Source: Candidatus Melainabacteria bacterium
GTDB lineage: Bacteria > Cyanobacteriota > Vampirovibrionia > 2-02-FULL-35-15
Length of the DNA stretch: 64,000 bases
Assembly: GCA_023250155.1 (NCBI GenBank)
Contig: JAHFBG010000009.1
Span: 18,826 to 82,825 of the forward strand
Reading direction: 5' to 3'
Part shown: positions 49,546 through 57,400 of the stretch, one piece after another
Layout of the letters: each line of letters opens with the position of its first letter
Position numbering within the stretch: position 1 is the first letter of the stretch
Made by a program: the position numbers and the translations under genes
The notes under the pieces: model-generated
What the model saw: only the letters and a program-made list of their open reading frames with translations
What the model was told of the DNA's origin: nothing
Database searches by the model: none

Positions 49546-50658
49546 ATGAATACCGAAGAATCCAAATCTAATGCTTCTGTCAATTCTCAATTCTCAATTC
49601 TTAATTCTCCCGCTCACGAAGTGAGCGAGGCTCGCCCTACAGGGCGGCAATCCTCCATTCTCATTCAAATAAAAAATCTCACAAAACATTTTCCTATCCA
49701 ACGTGGTTTTTGGTCTAGAACAATAGGTCACGTCAAAGCTCTAAATGGAATAAATTTAAATATTCATCAAAATGAAATCATAGGAATAGTAGGTGAATCT
49801 GGCTGTGGAAAATCCACCCTTGGAAAATTGATTTTAAAACTCATAGAACCAACAAGTGGTGAGGTTCTTTATTTAAACAAAAATATTTTTACCATTCCAG
49901 AGAAAGAGCTAAGAGCTCTTAGAAAAAAACTCCAAATGGTTTTTCAAAACCCATACTCAAGCTTAAATCCACGAATGAAAGTTTTTGAGATCATTAAAGA
50001 ACCACTTATCGTACATAAAATTTTCAATGAAAAAGAACAAATCAATAACAGGATTTATGAGTTGTTAAAACTTGTAGGATTAGAAAAAGAACATTCCACT
50101 AAATATCCTCACGAACTATCTGGTGGTCAAAGACAAAGAGTAGCTATTGCAAGAACGTTATCACTTAATCCTGAATTTTTAGTTCTGGATGAGCCTGTAA
50201 GTGCTTTAGATGTATCAGTACAAGCACAGATACTAAACCTTTTATTAGATCTACATAAAAACTTAAACCTGACTTATCTATTCATCTCACACAATTTATC
50301 TGTAGTTAGCTATATAGCAACTCAAATAGCAGTAATGTATTTAGGACATATAGTAGAAATTGGACCGAAGGAAAAAATCATCAATAATCCAAAGCACCCG
50401 TATACAGTAGCTTTGCTAAGTGCAGCACCGAGGATAGAACAGAGGCAGGAGGCAAGAGGCAAGAGGCAAGAACAAGCTCAACACAAAAGAATTATCTTAA
50501 CAGGAGAAATCCCAGATCCATCAAATCCACCAAGTGGCTGTGTGTTTAGAACCAGATGTCCTATCGTTAAAGAAAAATGCTCAATTGAAGAACCAATACT
50601 CACAGAATATAATGGACAACTTGTAGCTTGTCATTATGCTGGGGAATTGGTTGGGTAA
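49546..50658 (+). CDS. Oligopeptide/dipeptide ABC transporter ATP-binding protein (OppF/AppF type)
   Basis: GESGCGKST, FQNPYSSLNPR, ELSGGQRQR, DEPVSALDVSVQAQ, HPYT, GCVFRTRCP. Confidence 0.93.
   Translation: MNTEESKSNASVNSQFSILNSPAHEVSEARPTGRQSSILIQIKNLTKHFPIQRGFWSRTIGHVKALNGINLNIHQNEIIGIVGESGCGKSTLGKLILKLIEPTSGEVLYLNKNIFTIPEKELRALRKKLQMVFQNPYSSLNPRMKVFEIIKEPLIVHKIFNEKEQINNRIYELLKLVGLEKEHSTKYPHELSGGQRQRVAIARTLSLNPEFLVLDEPVSALDVSVQAQILNLLLDLHKNLNLTYLFISHNLSVVSYIATQIAVMYLGHIVEIGPKEKIINNPKHPYTVALLSAAPRIEQRQEARGKRQEQAQHKRIILTGEIPDPSNPPSGCVFRTRCPIVKEKCSIEEPILTEYNGQLVACHYAGELVG
49581..49660. repeat. CAATTCT heptamer run plus double GC hairpin inside the 5' end of the ABC gene
   Basis: (CAATTCT)3 TAATTCT, then CGCTCAC-GAA-GTGAGCG (49611-49627) and CGCCCT-AC-AGGGCG (49633-49646). 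Confidence 0.7.
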
Positions 50659-50700
50659 GAATCTTCCAAGCAATCCAGATCAGTTATTATGGTTAACAAT

Positions 50701-51447
50701 TTATTCAGTCCCTGGTAAGTCATGAATTACTTTATTAATAACCGCTTGATATTCAGCTACTGGACTAGATTCTAGTGAATCATCAGAGTTGTAAGATGAT
50801 AAACAAAAGGGTTGATCTGTTACAGATATTTCTATATGAGTACCATGATCAATAACAGAGTGTGCTATTCCTTCTAATTTGGTTTTTAAAGCTGTGGCTG
50901 TACTTTGATCCTTGGAAATGATTGAGTAGTTAGAATAATATAATGGTTCATTAAAAACAGATTGAAGAGATGTAGGTCCTGGGCTACTATCTGTACCACT
51001 AACTGCTACATTGCATTGAAGTACTTCAAAAAGACTAAGAACTATTGCTTTTAAAGATTTTGTATTAAGCTCTGCTTCCTTATTTTCTTCCTGAAGAAGA
51101 TAATCATCTATTCCTGCACTAGGTGACACAATAAATTGTGGTTTATTACTTAAATTGTTAACTAAAATATGAACCAAAGGTGATTGTAATTGATTACCAT
51201 TTTCTACAGAACTAGCTTTAATATCAGCGATTCTAACAATTTCATTTTCTTTTAATACTGTATTCTTGTCTACTCTATTAATAACATCAAATTTTATGCT
51301 ATTTGCTTTTTTGCTTAAGGTTATTGAAAACTTAGTAAGTATAGCTTGTAAGTCTTCAATAGTTTTATTTTGTTGTTTTGAAAGTACGTCCCTAGTAGAA
51401 CTAAGGGATTGTTCTTTTATTAAATATATTACTGGTGAAATTGACAT
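50701..51447 (-). CDS. Hypothetical cytoplasmic protein (248 aa); candidate immunity protein for toxin B
   Basis: ATG at 51447 lies 1 nt after the toxin stop (TAA-C-ATG), with RBS AGAGGA inside the toxin 3' end. Homologous fragments follow toxin A. Confidence 0.7.
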   Translation of the reverse strand: MSISPVIYLIKEQSLSSTRDVLSKQQNKTIEDLQAILTKFSITLSKKANSIKFDVINRVDKNTVLKENEIVRIADIKASSVENGNQLQSPLVHILVNNLSNKPQFIVSPSAGIDDYLLQEENKEAELNTKSLKAIVLSLFEVLQCNVAVSGTDSSPGPTSLQSVFNEPLYYSNYSIISKDQSTATALKTKLEGIAHSVIDHGTHIEISVTDQPFCLSSYNSDDSLESSPVAEYQAVINKVIHDLPGTE

Positions 51448-51448
51448 G

Positions 51449-54400
51449 TTAATTTCCTCTCTTTTCAAAAATAGTTATTAATCTCTTATGAAATTCAGGG
51501 TTAGTGTTATAGTTCTTAGGAACAGTTAGTATATTACCTGTTAATGAAGGTGGATTATTGTTTGATGCCACTTGAATTTCTATAGAATCCCCCCCTATAG
51601 ATAAAAATGCTTTACCATTATTAGTTTGTGCAGTATGAATCAAGCGTATTAATTGATCTGGCTTTTTACTAATTTTCTCTATCATTGCAGCATTAGTATT
51701 CTTAGTTTCAATATAATGTTTTGTGCCATTTGGAGCAATTGCTACAATATCTATTTCACCAGCCCCTCTATTTATCCCATCTATTATAGTATCTTTTAAT
51801 TTAAGTCCTAAACGCTCAATAGTATAACCCTCTTCTATAAGCAATCTTGCAGCTTTAAGTTCATATGTTAATCCTTGTAAATCCTTACTAGAAGCTCCTG
51901 GTTTACCAATAAATCCACCTTTATGACCATTGCCTTGTAAGGCTTGTAATAAATCAGCTCTTGCTTGTTGAGTCATATTTGGGTGTCTAATTAAAGAATT
52001 AAATTCACTAAGAAATTCTTGAGCTATATGTAATCCACGATCACTACTTAATGGAGAAGTAACCGGAAGATGATTATCCACCTCTGCTAAAAATCTATTT
52101 AATCGTTGCTGGAATTGTGGATCCATATGCAGACCAAGTTGTACAGGTACATTCTGAAGAAAACGTTCAGCTATAATTGTTCTATGTAAATTAGCTAAGT
52201 CTGTTTGTATTCTTGAGACACTGTTTAAATTTAACGCTCCTGGTGTTTGTAAATCATTCAAGACAATATTTAGTAGTCCCTCATGTTCTTGAGAAAGTCC
52301 TTGTAATTCACGAATAGATTCAAGCCTTCTTCGTAATGTATTTTTAATTTCTTGTGGCATATTAAGTGGTAGCTTATCTATATTAGAAATAGCATTGTTA
52401 ATAGCTTCACCTAAAGGATTATGATTTCCTATTTGTACTAGAGCTTGAGTCCTTGGATTTCTATTTACATTGTATTGATAGTCAGCTTTAAATCCTTGCA
52501 TGTAATTTCTAAGACCATTAGCTTCTGCATATTCAATCGCTTCCTTCAACTTGTTTTGCCTAATAAGTTCTTGTATTCTTCTTGAGTGCTCTGCATTAGG
52601 TCCATGAGGTGCTTCACCTGGGTTTCGTCTTGCTCTAACATTAAACTCTTCAAGCGCGCGCCTTGCTAAATATTCGGGCTCAGACATTTTCGTGCCATTT
52701 TGTCTTACTGGATCAATAATTCCTGTCCTGCGATTAGCATGAGCAATTTCATGCTCAATTATTCTTGAATTGTTTAACGTACCTGCATCTTTTACTCTAA
52801 TAATAGTTTCTCTAGTACCATTTGGATTCACTCTAACTTCAGCATGAGCTGGACGATTTGCTGGTAGTGTAGGATCTATTTCAAATGTAACTCTTCTTCC
52901 ATCTCTATTTGCATATTGAAAAGCATTACTATTGCGGACTTCAAGAGGAAGATTTTCATGAGGTATTGATGCTAGCTGGCGTTGCATTTCAGGAGTTATG
53001 TTATTCTTTGAATAAAATTCCTGAATCTCTCTTAAGGTTCTATTTCGCACACTAGTTTCAAGAACTTGCTCATGAAGTTGTGGGAGTCCTTTAAGTTTCA
53101 ATTCTAATAGTCGTAATTGTTGTAATCTTTGTAAATTATTAGCAACAAAATTATTAGGATTATTACCATGACTACTCCTATTTAATAAATCCAGTAAATG
53201 TTGAGTTCTTCTATTTAAAACATTTATTTCTAATATTGTGTTACATGCTTGTAGTTCTCTACCTAGAGCTTCAATTATTGGTTTTAATTCAGGCGAAGGA
53301 TTTCCAACCTCTCGAAGCGTATTTAAATCATTTATAATTCTATCCCTTCTTATTCTTGTAAACTCCTGACGAGCATGATATTCCTCAGGCGTACTAAAAT
53401 ATCTCATGTTTGCTCGTTCATCTATCATTATCATATAATTTTCTCTTACAACAATTCTTTCTCTAAAATTATTTCTGAGAGCTATTCTTGCCGCATCATT
53501 TTCTATATTTAGTGGAGGTAAATTGTTAGCTTGAGGAACTCTTCTTTGTAAAATCGCTTGAAAAGCAACATTTTGTGTTTCCAAAGTATTTGTCAGTACT
53601 CTACGCATAAGTACTTCCCGAGAAGCAAGGTCAAGGTTAGTAAAATTTCTTTCTAGGATTGCACGATGATTCTTAATAAAGTTTGCAACATCTTGTTCTA
53701 GTACATTGCGTGATGAGTTATTTCCAATGTGTTTTTCTACTAATGCTCTTAGATCATTATGACAACTTTCAGGCATATTAATCCTGCCATGAGGAGTTCC
53801 TGGTTCTCCTTGACTTATATTTCCTTGTTGAAGTAGGTTAAAAGCTTCTTGTCGTAAGAAATTTTGTACCTGTGCTTCTGGTATTCGCGATAGAAGCATT
53901 GCACTTTGTGCATGTCGAGATTCATGAATTATAGTATCTCTAAAGTGTTGATGAAGTATTCCTGCCAACGGGTTTTGATTATTTCCTTTTACAAGATGAT
54001 TAAAGATATTTCTATTTAATCGTATTGTATGATTCGTAGGATTATAGCTACCGTATGTACTACCAGGTAAATCTACAAATTCAATTTTTGGTCTTGCGGC
54101 TACTGGTATATCTTTAAAATACTCATTTAAAACTTGATTTGCACGAGTTTCTATTTCACTGTGGCTTAATCTTTCTCCTGGTACTCCTTCAAAAATTTCT
54201 CTTACAGTTCTTCGACTTATATCATGCCCATTTTGATTTGCTCTAGCAACTTCTTGGTATACACTTCTCTCTAAGTTTGCATAAAATTCTCTACTTGGTG
54301 TGTTCTGGTGATTTTGGAAAGGTGGTGTTACATGACTATTTCCATTAACCTGGGGGGTATGTGCTTGTATTGAAGAGTGTGGATGTAGTATAAGAGGTGC

Positions 54401-57400
54401 ATTTCCAGCTTGCCAAATAATTATTCTTTCACCTGTTCTTTGTACAAAACAACCTCTTTCTCTTGCAGTATTTAAAAAACGCTCAAGTGCTGTTCTAAGA
54501 GCAGGTGTACTTGTATCATAAGTAAATGGCATTGCCCTGTTTGTTTCATTTAACCTTATAGCACCACCAGCAAATCCTGATATACTTTCAGCATGACCTT
54601 GTCTTATTCCATGTCTTGTACCCATTATCGTACAGTCTATTATTAATGCTAAATGTCCAGCTTGATGCCCAAACAATTCTTCTAATCCAGCACGAAGTGG
54701 TTCTACCCGAGCCATTGTTCCTAACTGACTTATAGTTTCTGCTCTTAGGATATTTAAAAAGGACATGGCTTGTCCATGTAGTGGAGTCCCTCTTGTTCCA
54801 GATTCAATTGTTCTAATTCTTGATGCTAGCCTTGTTATTGACTGTCTTATGCTTAGACTTCTTGCAGCAGGTCCTAGAACTAAAGCTCTAGCAAAAGCTC
54901 CTGAAGTCTGACTTACTACACCTCCAACAAATGCCATACAAAAATCCTGGTAAAACCTTTCACCATAATGATCTTCCAAACTTTCCAATGTAATTGTGCT
55001 AGTAGATCCATTTATACCTAATTCTCTATCAGGAGTATATGTTTGTTCTCCTAATCTCATAATCATTGGAAGTCCATTATAGTTATTGTTATAACTATGT
55101 TGGATTTGATGATTAACATAACCACCTAGATCACTGCCTACAATTCCACCTACTGTTCCAGCAAGTGCTGCAACTAATAATGGTGCACCACCACCGCAAG
55201 TAGCTATGGTAACTGCCATAGCACCAATGCTACATATAAGTCCTCCAAGCATCTTAAGTCCATCATTTCTAAACCAATCAGCCCAACTGTGAGAGTTAAA
55301 TTTTGCAGGATCTTTTACAAAATCACAAAACTTTTTAATGCCATCATTGTTTAAAACCTTTAAAATCCCTTCATATGTTTCTATAGATTTCCTAATATCT
55401 CTTTTTAATTCTGTGTTTCCAGTTGTTTGTTTTATTTGTTCTTCGAGTTTTTTAAGATCTTCAAGTTGCTGTGTAAGCTTTGTAACATGTCCATTTTTAT
55501 GTAGTTCACTTCTTAACCTTTCCATTTCTTCCGCTTGTGCACGAACAAAATTTACTACCTCAGTACTTGTATACCTGCCTCCTTTTAGATTTGCTTGTAC
55601 AAGACCATTTATAGTCATTGCAATGTTATTAATTCTTCCAACAGCATGAGATGTAGTTAAAAGAGTGGGATTTCCATCAGTAATATTTCTAATTGCACAA
55701 GAATAAGCAACTGAATGTGTTGGGCGATGATTAGTTGTTGGTTGTAGAAAAGCTAGTGTATTAGTGAATCTAGTGTTTGAATCTTCATTAAATAAATTTC
55801 TTGTTAATTCTAATTCTCTTCGTTGTAGTCCTTGTCGTCCTTGACTTTCAATAAGACCACCAGGTCCTATAATCATTCCCCAAATTGTAGGAGACAAGTA
55901 ACTAAGATGCATTCCATGTCGATTTAATAATTCTCGTAGTTTTACATTAGCCTCAATAGTATCTCCTTTTAATCTCAGTTCAATAATCCTTTGAGTATGA
56001 AATGCAATTTCTATAGATAAGCTTTGCCTTTGAGATTCTCCTAATTGAGTTTGTAATTCTTTTATTTTATTTGAGTAGAAATTTAAACCTTGCAATGCTC
56101 TGTTTTGATCATGTTGTCGCCAGTAACTATCATTAAAAATGTCAACAATACGCTCACGATTCGCTATACCCCTTTCTAAGTTAGTTAAAGTGTTATTAGA
56201 TCTTTGTCCCAGTCTCTTTAAAGTTTGATTAAGTTCATTTTCATTATCTCGTCGCTCTCTTAGTAATTCTTGTAATTTCTGTGTTAAGTTATTTCCTAAT
56301 AAAAAATTATGACTACTATTATTGTTAAACGTACCATTTACTAACTGCCCAGTAATGTTAATGCTGGAAATATTATTTTGATCTCTTAATTGTTGTGCTT
56401 GATCTTTTAATTCTTGTGATTTAAGTTGCAGATCATTATATCTTCTTATATTTGCATAAAGTGTTCCACGTTCTGCTTCACTTAATCCGCTAATAACTTG
56501 CAGTGCTCTATCAGGTACAGTAATTTCAGTACCTAGAATCTCTATAGTTTTTCCGCTAATAACTTGCAGTGCTCTATCAGGTACAGTAATTTCAGTACCT
56601 AGAATCTCTATAATTTTTCCGCTAATAACTTGCAGTGCTCTATCAGGTATAGTAATTTCAGTACCTAGAATTTCTATAGTATTTCTCGTTTTTCTTCTAA
56701 TGTCGGCTGCAAGGGTGTTCAACTCATTTGTAATACTGTTCGACTCATTTTCTAACCGCTTAATATTATCTGAATTATCTACATATGCTGGATTTATTAA
56801 TCGTTTTAATTCAGGTGGTAGAGTATTATATGTTTCAATATTTGCATAAAGTTTTCTAAGTTCTTCTTCGCTATACTGGCTAGTAACTTGCTGTGCTATA
56901 CTCTGCACAGTAATTCCACCAACTTCTATTCCAAATCCTATATTAATCCCACTATTTGGAATATCTCTAAATCCATGGCTATAGAGAATTTGTGCAAATG
57001 AAGTAGCTCTTAAATTATTGGCTCTTGATCTTAAAAGATTGATATTACTGCTTAATTGATTTAATTGAGTGATTGTATTATTAGTAAGACCACCATCGTT
57101 TTGTCTAATTAGATTAATATTAACTTGTCCATTTACAGTAGGTGGATGATTCTGTTCACCATAGGGATGAACTCCTGGTGCATAATTAGGACTTCTTCTT
57201 CTAGCTTCTTGAATCATGCGATTTGATACATAGTTAACCCTCTCTTGAACCAAGTTCCAATTAGGTGCACACATTACCTCTTTAAGAAATGTTTTAAGAC
57301 TACTTGTATGGTTTATATCTAATAAATTGGTAAGTGTCTCTTTTATGTCAAATTTATCCATGCCAAATGTTTCTTTTAGAAAAGCAGGTCTAGACTCAAG

